Below are positions 1 to 15,032 of a stretch of DNA of 64,000 nt, in pieces; within the stretch, counting starts at the first letter, position 1, and each line of letters starts with the position of its first letter. The position numbers were made by a program, and so were the translations under genes. The stretch lies in NCBI RefSeq assembly GCF_009914755.1, contig NC_060926.1, one strand, 5' to 3'. The notes beneath the pieces were generated by a model. That model made no database searches, had not been told where the DNA came from, and worked only from the letters and a program-made list of their open reading frames with translations. Origin of the DNA: the human T2T-CHM13v2.0 reference genome, Homo sapiens.

Positions 1-950
1 CAAAGCATGAGAGGAAAAATTTACCTTGGCAAAATTTTTATTTTCCCAGGTATAAATGCTTACCTATGCAATTGTGTACTTGGACCTGTAGATAAATACC
101 CCACAACTCTGAAGGTCTGAAAGTGGAAACATAAGAGAGAGCTCTTGAACATCTCTTTCTGGGGCCAAAGCTGTGTTGCCAAAGAGAAAAAAAAAAACTT
201 ACAGGAAAATTATAGCGTTTGCATTTGATAGAATAGGAAAGAAGACAAAAAAAAAAGTAAGTGCCATATTACATCCATATTGCATGTGAAATATTTTAAA
301 ATACATAATTCTTTTCAACATGCTAAAAGGGATATTATCTAAAAGAATTTAATACACATATATTGTATTTTATGTATATGAACTGCCTATGAAAATAGTA
401 TATCTTCTTATCAGCAGTTTCAGAAACTAAACTTAAATTATATATTGAAAAGCTGCAAATAAAATTAAAACATTTCAGAACTTTTAGTAGTTGCAGGAAT
501 TACTACCAGATCTAATTCCTAAATTTATCAATGTATTTTTTATAATAAATAGATTTTCATACATTTAGCAGTATTTTATTGTGTAAAAGACAGATTTGAG
601 TTCAAACCTTGACTTTTTCTCATAAAAAATGGAGGTGCTAGTAAAAAATGAAGACATTTTACTGTTAAAGTAAAATTCTATAAATACTATAGGTAGATAG
701 GTAGCTAAGTTCCTGGCAGAAACTTGGTATGCAATACAAGGAACTTATTGCTAGTACTAAACTTAGCATATAGTATGAAGGATTAGGGCATTGAGAAATG
801 AATACAATTTCATTACTATCATCAGCATAAAATATAGGGTAACAGGCTTAAAATCTTGTCTTCTTGATGGGAAAAGGATAATATCATTTAACATATTAAC
901 AGCAATATTTATTATTATTATCATATCTTTTGTATCTGTTTTGGTTATAA

Positions 951-1010
951 AATTATTTCTCATATTGTCTCTTAAGATCAAACTATTTTTCATATTGTCT
1001 CTTAAGATCA
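951..1010. repeat. 30-bp tandem duplication (2 copies)
   Basis: aattatttctcatattgtctcttaagatca followed by aactatttttcatattgtctcttaagatca (2 mismatches). Confidence 0.9.
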
Positions 1011-1339
1011 TTTGCCTCTTGAGCCAAACTCTCAGTTCCAGACACAATGCAGTAGCTTGCAGCAGATGATGTATCTATCTCCTGAGAATAACCAGGAAGA
1101 AACAGTTTTTAAAAATTTCTTTTTTATTTTTTTTAGTTCTGAGGAAATTGGAGAGCTGTCAAGGCAGCCAGGACTTGTGGAACCAGATCCTGGAGAAAAG
1201 AGGAGACTGAATTGAGCTGCAATTGAGTTCAGCCCAACTTTCTATGCACCACTTCTCCCCTTGGGACATCTGCTGACTCTCAGCACAGGACAAGGATCTG
1301 GAAAGCCTGGCAGGAAACAGTTCTTAATCCACAAACCAA

Positions 1340-2235
1340 AGTTGCCAGAAAGAGATTTTAAAACCACGGTGACTAAGATGTACCTTAAAATAGATGAAAA
1401 GATAAAGAATTTTAATATAAAATTGCAACCTATAAAAGAAAAGCAAATAAAAATTTTAGAATTAAAAAAGCATACTAAGTTTGAAAACTCAATAAATGAG
1501 TTTAGTAACAGACTGGATATAGCTAAACAGAGAATTAATAGGGTGGAAGAAAAGTTAGAAGAAAATATCCAAACTAAAGTAAAGGGAAAAAATGATGGAA
1601 GATATACATAAGCAGAGAGTCAATACATATGACATAGTGAAATGGTCTAACATATACGAAACTGAAGCATCAAAAGTGGAAGACAGAAAATGAGAAGAGA
1701 GAGAATATTCAAAGACAAAGAACTTTCCAAAGCTGATGAAAGAAACCAAAGATTTGAGGAGCACTACAATCCCAAACAAGATAAATAGCACAAATTAATA
1801 AATAAAAAATAAATCACAGTAAAACTGCTTAAAATGAAAAATTAAGAATACTGAAAGAAAGGATACTAAATTTATCATCAGATGACCTGCACCCATAGAA
1901 ATATCAAAGAAATTTCTTTAGGCAACAGGAAAATGATTTCATGCAATAACATAAAACTGAAAAAAGAACAATACAAATTATAAATATGTGCCTACACTAA
2001 ATGGATATACACTGTTTAAAAAATAGTAAATTCCTATGAGGTTTAAATGTATGAAAAACTAAAATTAAAATCCATCACAACAGTAGGACAAAAAACTTAG
2101 AAAAAGATAAGTAATTCTTACATTTTTGGGAAAAGGATAAAAGTACTTATTTATATTAAACTTTAATAAATGTTGGCTGTAGACTAATCACTATTTAAGT
2201 GGTAAAAGAATGTGTAAAGGAGAAAATGGAATAAT
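1340..2235 (+). mobile_element. Ancient L1M (LINE-1) fragment, ORF1 region
   Basis: ORF 1261-1611 (KQIKILELKK...NSINEFSNRLDIAKQRINRVEEKLEENIQT) resembles the L1 ORF1p coiled coil; A-rich + strand; decayed downstream. Confidence 0.7.
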
Positions 2236-2246
2236 AAAAATGCTTG

Positions 2247-2600
2247 AGCCAGGCACAGTGGCTCATACCTATAATTCCAGCAATTTGGGAGGCCAAGGTG
2301 GGAGGATCACTGGAGCCCAGGAGTTCAAGATCTGCCTGGACAACATGACAAAACCCCATCTCCACAAAAAATACAAAAATTAGTTGGACATAGTGGTGCA
2401 CGCCTGTAGTTCCAGTTACTCAGGAGGCTGAAGTGGGAGGATCATTTGAGCCCCAGCGGCAGAGGCTGCAGTGAGTTGAGATTGCAACACTGCACTCTAG
2501 GCTGGATGACAGAAAACATTTTTGTAATGTTTTATTTTTTTTTCCTGCCTCGGAAAAAAAAAAAAAAAGCAAAACAACAAACACAAAAAAACAAAGGAAA
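2247..2600 (+). mobile_element. Alu (old, AluJ-like) with disrupted 3' end and A-rich tail
   Basis: gccaggcacagtggctcatacctataattccagc...ggaggatcactggagcccaggagttcaag; dimeric structure; poly-A from ~2554. Confidence 0.9.
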
Positions 2601-3099
2601 CAAAATATATCCTCCATCCAGTCTAATTAAAATCCTAGCATATATTTTACCTTTTTCAGGAAAACATCCACAACATACTCTGTTGTCAAGTTTGTGATGA
2701 AACAAATACTCTCAAACATGGTTGCTGGTGGTCATACGAAAGCACAGAACCTCGTAAATAAGGAATTAGTAAATTCCAACAAAATTGAGTATGCATATAC
2801 TCTTTAGCCTATCGTATCTCATTCTTTCAAAAGTGGCGAAGAAAGGGAAAAATAAGATTTATTCTCTTTCCCCTATGAATTATTAACTCAGAATAAACAA
2901 AAAATGAACAAAGTTTCTCAATTTGCTATTAAATGTACAAGGAATAATAAGATTTGGTTATCATTAATTTTCAGCTTCAGATAAAATTATAGATGTGTTA
3001 TGATTATGAATACCTAACATCATAAAAAGAAAATCAACCCAAACTTGTACTAACACTACATACACAATCTAGGAATAAAGTGTGAAGGTAACCAAACAT

Positions 3100-3435
3100 C
3101 TAGATTTAAGTACCAGAGGAACATATTAAATAACACATTGGGAAAGCAATCAGCAAAATTGAGACCACGGAAAACTCTACAGAGTAAAGGCTATGGCTTC
3201 ATCAACAAATAAATTACAGCAGGAGAGAAAGAGAGAGAGAAAGGGAGGTGGGTCAGGGCAACCTGTAGGTTAAAAGAGACCATTTGCAGTGTGCTATGTA
3301 TGAATGGACTTTCTTTGGATGCTGATTTCAACAAAAATCTAGAAAACACTCATGAGACATTTGGAGAAATGTGAACACCAACTGTGTATTTTTTATATGG
3401 AATAAAGGTATTTTTAGAAGTTTCCTTGTCTTTTA
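3100..3435 (+). mobile_element. Old L1MC-like 3' end fragment (left part, split by younger L1)
   Basis: ggaaaactctacag...ttcatcaacaaataaatt...ggactttctttggatgctgatttcaac resembles L1MC4-type 3' UTR; appears to continue at 5155-5350. Confidence 0.5.
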
Positions 3436-3439
3436 GATA

Positions 3440-5150
3440 ATTTTTAAAATTTTTTTCAGATTCAGGGGTATGTTTTTAGGCTTGTTATAAGGGTGTGTTG
3501 CATAATGCTGGAGTTTGGCTTCTATTGAACCCATTACCTGAATAGTGAAAATAGTGCCCTACCCAATATGTATTTTTTCAACCCCTTGCCCCTCTCCCTT
3601 TCTCCCCACTTTTGGAGTTCCCTGTATTTATTGATTCCATCTTAGTGCCCATATGTACCCATTGTTTAGTGCCCACTTTTAAATGAGAACATGTGGTAGT
3701 TGATTTTCTGTTTCCACATCAATTCACTTTAATTCACTTAGGATAATGGCCTCCAGCTGCATCCATGTTGCTGCAAAGGACATGATTTCATTCTTATTTA
3801 TGGCTGCATAGTATTCCATGATGTATATCTACTGCATCTTCTTTATCCAATTTATGGTTGATGGGCACTTAGGTTAATTCCATGACTTTGCCATTGTGAA
3901 TAGTGCTGCAATAAACATATGAGTATAGCTGTCTTTTTGATAGGACAATTTCTTTTCCTTTGGGTATATAGCCAGTAGTGGGATTGCTGGGTCAAATGGC
4001 AGTTCAATTCCAATTCTTTGAGAAATCTACATACTGTTTTTTTATAGGGATTGAACTAATTTACATTCCCACCAACAGTGTATAAGCATTCCCTTTTGTC
4101 TGCATCCTCACGAACATCTATTATTTTTTTACTTTTTAATAATAGCCATTCTGACTGGTGTGAGACAGTATCTCATTGTGGTTTTAGTGTGCATTTCTCT
4201 GAAGATTAGTGATAAGCATTTTCTCATGTTGGCCACTTGTATATCTTCTTTTAAGAAGTGTCTGTTTATGTCCTTTGCCCACTTTTTAGTGAGTTTTTTT
4301 CTTATTGATTTAAGTTCTTTATAGATTCTAGATAGTAGTCCTTTGTCAGATGCATAGTTTGAAAATATCTTCTCCCATTATGTAGGTTGTTTGTTTAATC
4401 TGTTGATTTTTTTTTTTTTTTGCTATGCAGAATATCTTAAGTAAGTCTCAATTGTCAATTTTTGTTTTTGATGCATTTGCTTCTAAGGGCTTAGTCATAA
4501 ATTTTTTGCCAAAATTCTTGCCCAAATTCTGGGCATTTCCAATGTCCAGAAGAGGTTTACTTCTAGAATTTTTTTTAACAGTCTGAGGCCTTAATTTAAG
4601 TCTTTAATCCATCTTGTTAATTTTTGTTTATGGTGAGAGGTAGAGGTACAGTTTCATTCTTCTGCATATGGCTAGCCAGCTTTCCCAGCACAATTTATTG
4701 AGTGGGGTGTCCTTTCCCCATTGTTTCTTTTTGTCAACTTTGTTGAAGATCAGTTGATTGTAGATGTGCAGCTTTATTTCTGTGTTCTCTATTCTGTTAC
4801 ATTGATCTCTGTGTCTATTTTTGTACTAGTACCATGCTGATTTGGTTACTACAGCCTTGTAGTATCGTTTAAAGTCAGGCAATGTAATACCTCTGGTTTT
4901 GTTCTTTTTGCTTAGGATTGCTTTGGCTATTTGGGCTTTTTCGTGGCTCCATGTGAATTTTAGAATACTTTTTTGTAACTCTGTGAAAGATGACATTGGT
5001 AATTTGATAGGAATTCCATTGAATCTGTAGATTGCTTTGGGCAGAACAGTCATTTTAATGACATTGATTCTTCTAATCTATGAATATGGAGTGTTTTTCC
5101 ATTTGTTTGTGTTATCTATGATTTCTTTTATCAGTTATTTTTTCTGGTTC
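3440..5150 (-). mobile_element. 5'-truncated LINE-1 (old L1PA15-17/L1PB-like), ORF2 C-terminal part and 3' UTR
   Basis: Minus ORF 4826-5053 [22 protein letters not shown]...[21 protein letters not shown] aligns to ORF2p of the intact L1 in this window; L1 3' UTR reverse complement at 3450-3720. Confidence 0.92.
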
Positions 5151-5154
5151 TTTT

Positions 5155-5352
5155 AAATAATGAATATTTATGGGTAAAATAATATGAAGCCCATAGTGTG
5201 CTTTAATATAATGGGGTAGAAGTGGATAGGGTCTGAAGGAAACAACAACAATCATGGGTTATTACTGAAACTTGGTGAAGTACACATGGAAATTATTGTA
5301 TCTATTCTTTCTAAATTTGTATTTGTTTAAAATTATCATTAATAAACAGTTA
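5155..5352 (+). mobile_element. Old L1MC-like 3' terminus (right part)
   Basis: ggtgaagtacacatggaaattattgtatctattctttctaaatttgtatttgtttaaaattatcattaataaa resembles an L1MC/ME terminal 3' UTR. Confidence 0.5.
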
Positions 5353-5907
5353 AAATGTAATGTCCTTTACCTTATAAAAATACATATTTCTGAGACAGAA
5401 ACTTCATGATTTTTATTTCGCGGGTGTGAGGTAAGAACCAGGAGTTTGATTTTAGCTGGGGTCCCAAATGTTTCTCATGTACATTATAAAAAATATATAG
5501 TTTTATGACTCTCCAGCACTTTAATTATAACATATGATTATATTATAAAATAATAATTGACATATTGATTTTTCATAATATTAAAGTGTATTTTTATCTT
5601 CACAATTAGACAATTGACCTTATGTTATTTTCTCTATTATTGCACTAGTACCAGTTCTTTACCATGATAGACATTCAAGCATTTATTTCTCTTGAAGTGA
5701 GTGTATATTTCTCAGTCCAGAAGAGTCTTCTCTGAAATCCACAAAACAAAGGTGAGATGCTAATTTTTCCTAAAACACACAAGACAAAGCTAATGATATA
5801 TACCTCTCACAGATCAACTGCTGTTTTGCTTCAAACACTTAAATATCACAAAACACACCATATTTGTTTATTCATTTGTAAGCTTAAGAGCTTATTATTA
5901 TTATCAT

Positions 5908-6118
5908 TAGAGATAGAGTCTTGCCCTGTTGCCTGTTGCTCAGGCTGAAGTGCCTGTGCCACCATGCCTAAGTTTTTTTTGTTTTTGTTTTTGTTTTTGT
6001 TTTTTAGTAGAAACAAGGTCTCTCTATGTTGCCCAGCCTGGTCTCGAATTCCAAGGGATCCTTCTGCCTCTTCTTCCTGAAATGCTGTGATTACGGGTGT
6101 GAGCCACTATGCCTGGCC
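5908..6118 (-). mobile_element. Internally deleted AluJ-like element
   Basis: gatagagtcttgccctgttg...gttgcccagcctggtctcgaattcc...gtgagccactatgcctggcc; most of the right arm is missing. Confidence 0.8.
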
Positions 6119-6134
6119 AAGAGTTTATCCCTAA

Positions 6135-6682
<548 letters not shown>

Positions 6683-7336
6683 CATGGATTGCTTTAAGAA
6701 GTCAATTTGAGGTCTGCTGTGTACCAGAGCTACACCATAAACCACCTGCTGCTTTCCCTCACTTTAGGAAAGAGAAAAACTAAAAACCATTCTTCAGAAT
6801 TTAATGAAACATAGAAATACCTATAAACTAATCAAGAGTGCTTTTAAAAATTATATTAGGATTCTTAGTTTTTAAGGCCATTTTGGTGGTTGTGAAGGAG
6901 AAAATTCACCTGAATAATTTTTACTTACCAAGTCCGTCAGAACACCTGCTTCCATTTCGAATATTTGAATTTTATAGACATCTTTGGCCAAACCTCACAC
7001 TGTATACCATGGAAAAATTTTCCATGTTTTTTTTGCTGTTTTGCAAATAAAACTCTTCTGTTTGCAATGTGCAGCTGGATATACCATTTATTTTCTTCTT
7101 GTATGGATTAAACAGAACAAATAAGCTTAAATATTTCATTTATACAATAGCATTCTTAATTATGTTGTCATTTGTTTTATTTCCAAAAATTCTTATTTAA
7201 ATATATTTTTATACATTCTTTGAAGTAAAGTATTTGACCTCACTTTTGTCTTTAATATAAATAAATTTAAATGGCTACAATTTCTTGCTATTATCATCCC
7301 AAATTTGTTACATAATTATCTATTTATTGAAAAGGA

Positions 7337-7718
<382 letters not shown>

Positions 7719-9450
7719 TCAGATCGACTTGGAGATAATGAAATGACGAAGCAGCTTTCATTTCTATCATTCACTCTGGGATGACTACAGAAGAACAGGA
7801 TGTGTAGTCCTGTAGTACCCATCATAAAGATTTACACAAATTGTTCCTTTCTTCCAGAGTGCTGTTACTTTCCTCAGTGTTACATACTGTCATTAAATTC
7901 TCCACCCTCACTATTACAGCTTCCATTACCACCCACATGGCACTACGGCTTTATCCATGGGTGGCAGATGTTATCACCATATGTCATCCGATCAATTTTC
8001 CATTCAAGGGTAATGTAATGTTTGGGGGAAAGCCAACTCACACTTTAGTAAAGGCTGTCTCTGTAGTCTTCACCAGCCGTAAATGCAAGCATCCTTTCAA
8101 CTTATTGGCTCTGTTACCTAACCAAAAATCAGCAGGGATCTTAGAGGCTCATTGCATGTTTCCATGTTAGTTGGGCTCTCTCTCACTATCACCTGCCAAA
8201 TTGTTTCCTATTAAGGAGTTTGGCATTATTTTGTTTTCCTCTACTTTTATTTATCTCAGAATATTCTGGACAGAGCATCATTAGATAGACGAGTACCAAA
8301 GGAAAGTATCAGTCTCAGGTCTGGTGTATGAGGCTGTTACTGCTTGTTTATTTCTAAGATCTATAGCTCATCTCCTTGCTCCAGGAGCTGGCATTACTCA
8401 GAGAGTTTGAAATTCTTATTCAATATAATTCTAAGAGGCAGCCAAAGTAAAGACAATATCAATTTATCTGTACAGTTCTGATTTACTCACGTGCTCTCTC
8501 TCTCTCTCTCAATCCTCTTTGCTTTCTTCTTTTCTCTCCATTTCCTTCCAACTCCATTCTTACTCTTGCTGTGGATTTGTATCTTTTTCCAGTAGATGTT
8601 ATTGAACATCTATTATTTGCCAGTCCCTACCTTATGCTCTGCATATTTAAGTATTAAATAAAGTATAATTCATGTATGATTTCCAAACCTTGAAGATAAA
8701 ACTGAAATTATTTTGAAACTAGTCTAGTCTAATCACTGCATTTCCTATCCATGTTGGGCAATTAAAATGTGGAATGTTAGGGAGATGAGAAAGTAGAAAC
8801 AATTATGTATTTTTATTGTTTATGAGATTGCCTACGTTTCAAGTGCTCAAGCTGCCTGCAATTTGGTGAAGAAACTTCTGTTTACATTAGTAAAATTTAA
8901 ATTTGCATTTAAATTTTTAAAACTTGGGTTGTGTCCTTTTTCCATTTTTGTCTTACCAGTTTCAAATCTAAATCTCATGGTCAAATTCATTCAAAACCCC
9001 TTAATTCCAATGATCACTTGGTTTGTCTTTCTTTAGAGGTTTTCCTGTCATTATGTATCTTTCTTGACATGTGATAACCAATAATTACTATGGCATTTCA
9101 GGTGTGGAAAATCTACATTTTTATATAAAATCAGCCTATTCCTATAAAATTTGCATTAATACCTTTCCAGAAGACAAGTTGGCTGGGGGGATATTTTTGG
9201 ACAATTTGAAATAATGTGTTTACGAACCAGTCTAAAGTTAACCTTTTTCTGAGTTACAATTGATATTCAAACATCATCACAATTTAAAGTTTAAATTACT
9301 TATTCTTAACTTATAACTTTGTATCTAATGAAAATCACCTACTATTTTATTGTTCAGTCATGCTAACTTGAAAGCTATTCATAGGTTATTCTTGTTTACT
9401 TGTAAATGTAGTAGGATCAGAAAACTTAGATAATCTACTGTTCTCTGGGA

Positions 9451-9566
9451 GGACACTGGTGCCTGCAATGCCAGCTATTCTACAGGCTGAGGTGGAAGGA
9501 CTGATGGTTCCCCAAGGTTCAAGTCCAGCCTAGGCAACAGGGTGAGACCTTGTCTCTTAAAAAAAT
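9451..9566 (+). mobile_element. Degenerate Alu monomer (FLAM/FAM-like)
   Basis: gcctgcaatgccagctattctacaggctgaggtggaagga...ttcaagtccagcctaggcaacagggtgagaccttgtctc followed by short A tail. Confidence 0.75.
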
Positions 9567-11424
9567 TGTAAAAGAAGAGAACATTTTGTTAACATTGCTT
9601 AATTTTGTAAAATTAACAGCCTTATTTGCAGTAGTTTTTAGATTCCAGTTGTTGCTATGGTCCACGATCCTCCTCTTTGTTAAGCATTTTGTTGGCATGC
9701 GTCTCCAGGACAGGAAGTATGACTGCTGTTTAATTTGGTTCTCTACACATTGACCAATTCAGCACACTACTTCTATAGCATATATGTATATATTATACTG
9801 TATACATATGTTTTATGTATATTATTATTTAAAATATAATTTTCATTCATCAGAATGGTAGCTCCATAGAGTCAGAGACTTGGTCTTGTTTACTGCAGTA
9901 CCTTAGTACCAAGAACAGTGTCTTCACATAAAAATGCTCAATAAACATCTCTGAATTCATACTTTAGAAGTGCATTGTTATTTTTATAGGCAACTAGTGA
10001 ATAAATTCTTACTAATTTGCATCACTACATAAGTTATTTTATGAAATATCTTTGAGCATCTCTTACTGTCTGATTATCATGGTCTTTGCACATGGACATA
10101 GGCCACACTGGTGGTTTATTAGTCTCTCAACACCTCTGGGAATTTATAGCAGCATGTAAAATATTTTGGCCAGTTGTACCTAATTTTACCCTTGAGTTTC
10201 TGCAAACATTTGGATGGCTGCCACCAGGATTTGTTGATCTACTTATTCCTCTGTATTGATTAGGTCAAGAGTAGTCTTAGTGCTATTTATCATGTTTGGA
10301 TTTGATACTTCTGAATCTCAATTTCAAAAACCAATTTAGGAATCAGTTAATGACTTCCTCAAAGAAGACTGGAATAAAAAATGATTTTTTTCTATTTTGT
10401 TTATATCCCTTGATATGTTATGAGACTGGAGATATTAAATAGTTCCACTGATCCTTCAGCTTATTTTTTTAACAAATTTGAAGCTCTTAACTTTTATTAC
10501 TTTGGTCTCTTACAAGAGTGTTCTCGATTCTGAGCTACATAATTTTTGATTCATCTGCACTACCACTCCTTAAGATCTTTTCAATTCCAATCACTTGACA
10601 AATTTCTGACTTTCAAAAATATAGGTTTTATTAAGATAGTCTCTTTGGACAGTTAGGTATGAAAAATTTTTATTTAATCATTTGATCTGTGCCAAGCCTC
10701 ATCTATTTCCTTAGTGGTCATTATATTATCCCAAAACCTTACCTCTACAGCTCAATGGAAGAAACTTCACTTAATTAATACATAACATATTGAAATCCCT
10801 TCCTATTACAACCTGCTCTAATTTTGGACTTTCTTAAAAGTTGTCCATTATGTTACTCTTTAGGCTTATTTCTATTTTCAGCTTTTAAAGAATATTTTAT
10901 TATTTAATTTAGGGTATTTTAACCTTTAGAAATTTTGTAATATTTCTCTTGTTATGAAAGATTTTTAAAGTCACTCAGACACACTCTCAGACGGTCTATT
11001 ACCTTTGCTTCAGGCAAACAAGGCAACATGCAGCTGAGCTCCCGTGGCCATCAAAGGCCTGACTGTCACTGCTCCTTAGGAAAGCATCTCCCTCTATCAA
11101 TATCAGCCTGTGATATTCCCATCATGTCACGCCTGTCTGATGAGTGGTGTAAGGTAGAGACCTGCAGCAGCAAGCAAGGCTCACTTTCTGCCTCTGCTCC
11201 TATTCTGTTTCTCTGAATTGAAAAGATGGTCTGGTGATGAGTGTGTTTGCTAGAAGACCCTTGTTCTGGGTGTATATAAAGCACTGTACTTGTCTCCATT
11301 TCTTTATCTTCCATCTGTTTTTCCAACCACCGCAGTCATCCTGCCCTACCCCAACCACTCCACTGAAACTGTTCACTGTCAGTTCACCAAGAACCAAATT
11401 GCAAATTTCATAGGTAACAACAAT

Positions 11425-11575
11425 GTTTCTAAAATTTGAGTGTGCTTGTGGATCTTGTTACAATGCAGATTGTGATTCAGTTTACTGGGGTGGGGCCTGA
11501 GATTCTGCATTAGAACCAGCTCCCATGAGATGTCTAAGCTGGAATCAGTGGACTGCACTTTGAATAGCAAGGCAT
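11425..11575. mobile_element. MER5A-like DNA transposon (hAT-Charlie MITE)
   Basis: ggatcttgttacaatgcagattgtgattcagt...ggggtggggcctgagattctgcatt...cactttgaatagcaagg; a related copy lies at ~11770-11900. Confidence 0.7.
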
Positions 11576-11924
11576 TAGCCCTCACCATAATCGTTCACCT
11601 TCCTGAAATTCTCTACTCCTTTGGGTTTTGCTACACCATTCTCTCCTGGCTTCCCTCCTCGCTAACTGTTCCTCCTAAGCATCTTTTCTTCATTCTGCTT
11701 TCTGCTTGTTCTTTAAAGGTAAGTAAATTCCCTGAGTTTCATTCTCAACTTATTTCTCCTCTTCCTAGAGTGATGATTCTCAAACTTTAGTGTACAAAGG
11801 AAGTCAGCTGAAAAATGTTATCAAAATGGAGCTCCCTAAGCTTCATTCCAAAGGTTCTGATTCAGTAGGTATGGGGTGGAGTCTCTTAGTCAGCATTTTT
11901 AATTCTGCTAAAGATGTTTTTCTT

Positions 11925-12218
11925 TTTTAAAAAATAAATGTATATAAATATGGCATACGTAACCTCATATTGTCTTAATTAAACACGATGTATGTCATAA
12001 CCTCATATTATCTTAAACACAATATTTATATATATTTAATTAGTAAAAGTTTGCTATAGTGAAGCAAACTAACATATCCATCATTTCATATAGCTATACT
12101 TTTTTGTTGTTTTTGTGGTAAGAGTAGCTAACATCTACTTATTTTACATGAAACCCATAGTACAATTTCATTACCTGTAGTCCTCATGTTGTACATTAGA
12201 TCTCTAGACTTGTTCATC

Positions 12219-12278
<60 letters not shown>

Positions 12279-13050
12279 GCTTCTTTGTATCCTCTGACCT
12301 ACATCTTCCCATACCCCCAGTCCCTGCCTCTGGTAATCACTGTTTTGTTCTCTATCTCTATATATTTGATTTTTTTTTTTACAAAGATTCTGCATATAAG
12401 TGAGACCAGGCAATATTTCTGTGTCTGGATTATAGCACATAGCATAATGTCCTCCAGGCTCATCTACATAGTGGCAAAAAGCAAGATCTATTTTTTAGGA
12501 CTGAATAATATTCCATTGTGTATTTGTACCACATTTTTATCCCCTTGTCCATCAATGAATGCTTAAGTTGTTTCCATATGTTGGCTATTGTGAATAATGC
12601 TGCAATGAACATGGTAATACAGATATCTTTACAAAGTTGTGATTCCACTTCTGAGTATATGCCCAGAAGAGAGATTGCTAGATCATATGGTAGTTCTATT
12701 TTTAATTTTTTTACAATCATCCATACTGTTTTTCATAATGCTGTAGCAGTTGACATTCCCACCAACAGTGTACAAGAGTACTCTTTTCTCTACACTCTCT
12801 CCAACATTTATCTGCAGACATTTTGATAACAGCCGTCCTAATAAATATGAGGTGGTATTTCTTAGTAATTTTGATTTACATTGCCCTGAGGATTGGTGAT
12901 GCTGAGCATATTTTCATAAACCTGTTGTCCATTTTTATGTCTTCTTTGGAGAAATGTCTATTTGGGCCTTTTGTCCATTTTGTATTGGGTTTGTTTTTCC
13001 ACTGTTAAGTTTTATGAGTTCTTTATAAAATTTTTATATTAAACCCTTAG
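11925..13050 (-). mobile_element. L1MA-like 3' fragment containing a (TA)n/(CA)n microsatellite at ~12218-12278
   Basis: Minus ORF 12460-12720 [18 protein letters not shown]...[15 protein letters not shown]...[11 protein letters not shown] matches the ORF2p C-terminus. Confidence 0.88.
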
Positions 13051-13324
13051 GGTGCTCATTTATTTTCATTACTTTAACCGAACCCTAGATGCTGGGGGTT
13101 CCAAATTGAACCTACATCCCAGCCTTATTTATGAGTTTAACTGACTATTTAATATTTTAATCTGGATATCCAAAAAGTTCAAAACGTTCAAATTAATTTT
13201 GTTATTTTGTTCCCAAATCTCTAAATCTCTCTTTTTTTTTTTTTTCTGAGATAATGGCATCATCATCTAAACAGAAGAAATCTGGTTAGAATTTGTGCCC
13301 TGCAAATACTTGCCTACAAGTCTC

Positions 13325-13505
13325 TGTCTACAATCACACTTGACATATAAATCACCTGGGAGAGCTTGCTAAAAATGCTGAGTCAGAAACTCCTCAAATG
13401 CTTATTCATTAAATCTGGAGGAGGCCCATGAACCTGCATTTTTAATGAATCTTCCCCTAGTGGTTCTGATGAAGATGGCCCCGAACAACTATTTCTAAAA
13501 ATGCT
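13325..13505. mobile_element. MER5-like DNA transposon remnant
   Basis: aatcacctgggagagcttgctaaaaatgc...ggcccatgaacctgcatttttaa...ggttctgatg. Confidence 0.6.
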
Positions 13506-14799
13506 GTCTGTCCTAGGGATTCCTCCAGTTATTCCTAGCAATAGGACCACAAAGGCTTTGAAAGCATTTTTCACAACAGAGGACTTGGCGGTGGGAATAA
13601 GCGATAGTTTAGTCTTCCCCATAATCTTTAGCAGAGCCTCCCAAAGCTACTCTAAATAACAGTGCAAACTAAGCAAAATCAGTGCACTCCTATCTAAAGT
13701 TAGTATCAGTTTAAGTCACCAGCCATTCCTTTCCTAACAATATTGACACCCCAAGCCCTTCCTGTACAGATATTCCTGGACTAATGATTTGCCACCATGC
13801 CAGTAACTCTTAAAGAATGCTTGCTTGCCCTTCCCTCTAATTTTACTCCCTTTGGCCTTATTCCCATGAGGACACATTACTGATTTAAGAAATTGAAGAG
13901 CAAGGCTTATAAATACCTCAAGTAGCCAGTACATACCTCTATAGTGGTGATATCTACTGTATATGTCTTTCTAAGGAAATTTTTCAGACCACCTCCACTA
14001 GAGGAAGCTCAATTGAGAGAATTTTTATCATAAAGATCCCTGGTTTGTATTACAGTATTTTAAAAATTAAACTGTTTGAAACTGGATGAATTTGCTTTAT
14101 TGCCTTAAAAAATCCTAATTTGGTGTTTTCTTTAACTGTCCTTTAATGCATGTTATGCCTCTAGGTTCAGAAGTGAAATGATTTTTGTTTAAGTTTATTA
14201 GAATAAAATTGGAGTTCAGCTGGTCACTTTGAGGCATGGCAACCAAGTGACTGATCTCTTTTTAATCTTTAATAAGTTCCATTATTCACAAATTGATGGC
14301 ATTTAAGGAATCTGAAGTAATGCAAACCACATAACTGTGAAATATTTGAATATTCTAATGCTCAGAATGAAATATTTTTCATACTGATTAGGCCTCGAAA
14401 CTGCGTTTGAATGAAAACATTGTCAAACAGAGGTTGTAGTGCAAATAATATAAAACATAAGTATAAAGGGTGTTGATTCATTTTAATTCTATCTCTTTGC
14501 AAACTGAATATGCAAAATGTCATCTTGATGTTCAGTCTCCCTCCTCTGTCTGCATATCAAAATGTATAATGAGGAGGTACACTTTTTTCACTGAGAAAAA
14601 TCAGTGGGAACTAAAAAACAGGCAATTTACCTAGGTTTTACTATGAGCATTTTGCTTTGATTTCAGGTAGGTGAGGCATTGATTAACTTTATTTTTCTAA
14701 ATCCAAAGCAAGACTTTTTACTTCAGCTGAGGTCATCTGCAGACATTTTCCATAGTTGGGAGCTATTTTTTGAAATATCTTGCATCTCTGCTTTTCTCT

Positions 14800-14995
14800 C
14801 CATATTTCTTTTCTCCACTCGCTTCCTCTCTCCCAGCTGCAGGGATTCGTCCTCTAAAAGAGTGGAGGTGGGAGGGAACAAGAAATGGAAGCAAAGCAGG
14901 GAGCATGAGCTAGAGAATGCCAGGATCTGGCTTTTGTTATTGGTTGGCTGCCGCCTGATGGATAGACGAGGGAGGAGTGTACTCTCTTCAGTGTG
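14800..14995 (+). promoter_or_regulatory. CSRNP3: Putative TATA-less promoter of the long CSRNP3 transcript
   Basis: Local GC/CpG rise in non-repetitive DNA; inverted CCAAT (ATTGG 14939-14943) ~50 nt before an Inr-like TCAGT (14988-14992); strong splice donor just downstream. Confidence 0.6.
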
Positions 14996-15032
14996 TTCTG
15001 ACGGAGCCGAAGTACAGAAACCATATTTACAG
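14990..15032 (+). other. CSRNP3: Non-coding first exon (5' UTR) of long CSRNP3 transcript; start approximate
   Basis: Ends at strong donor CAG|GTAAGA (GT at 15033); no ATG inside; order and spacing match my recollection of the CSRNP3 long isoform. Confidence 0.65.

Noticed and set aside
1261-1611. Host coiled-coil protein gene
   Set aside because: Better explained as a decayed L1M ORF1 remnant.
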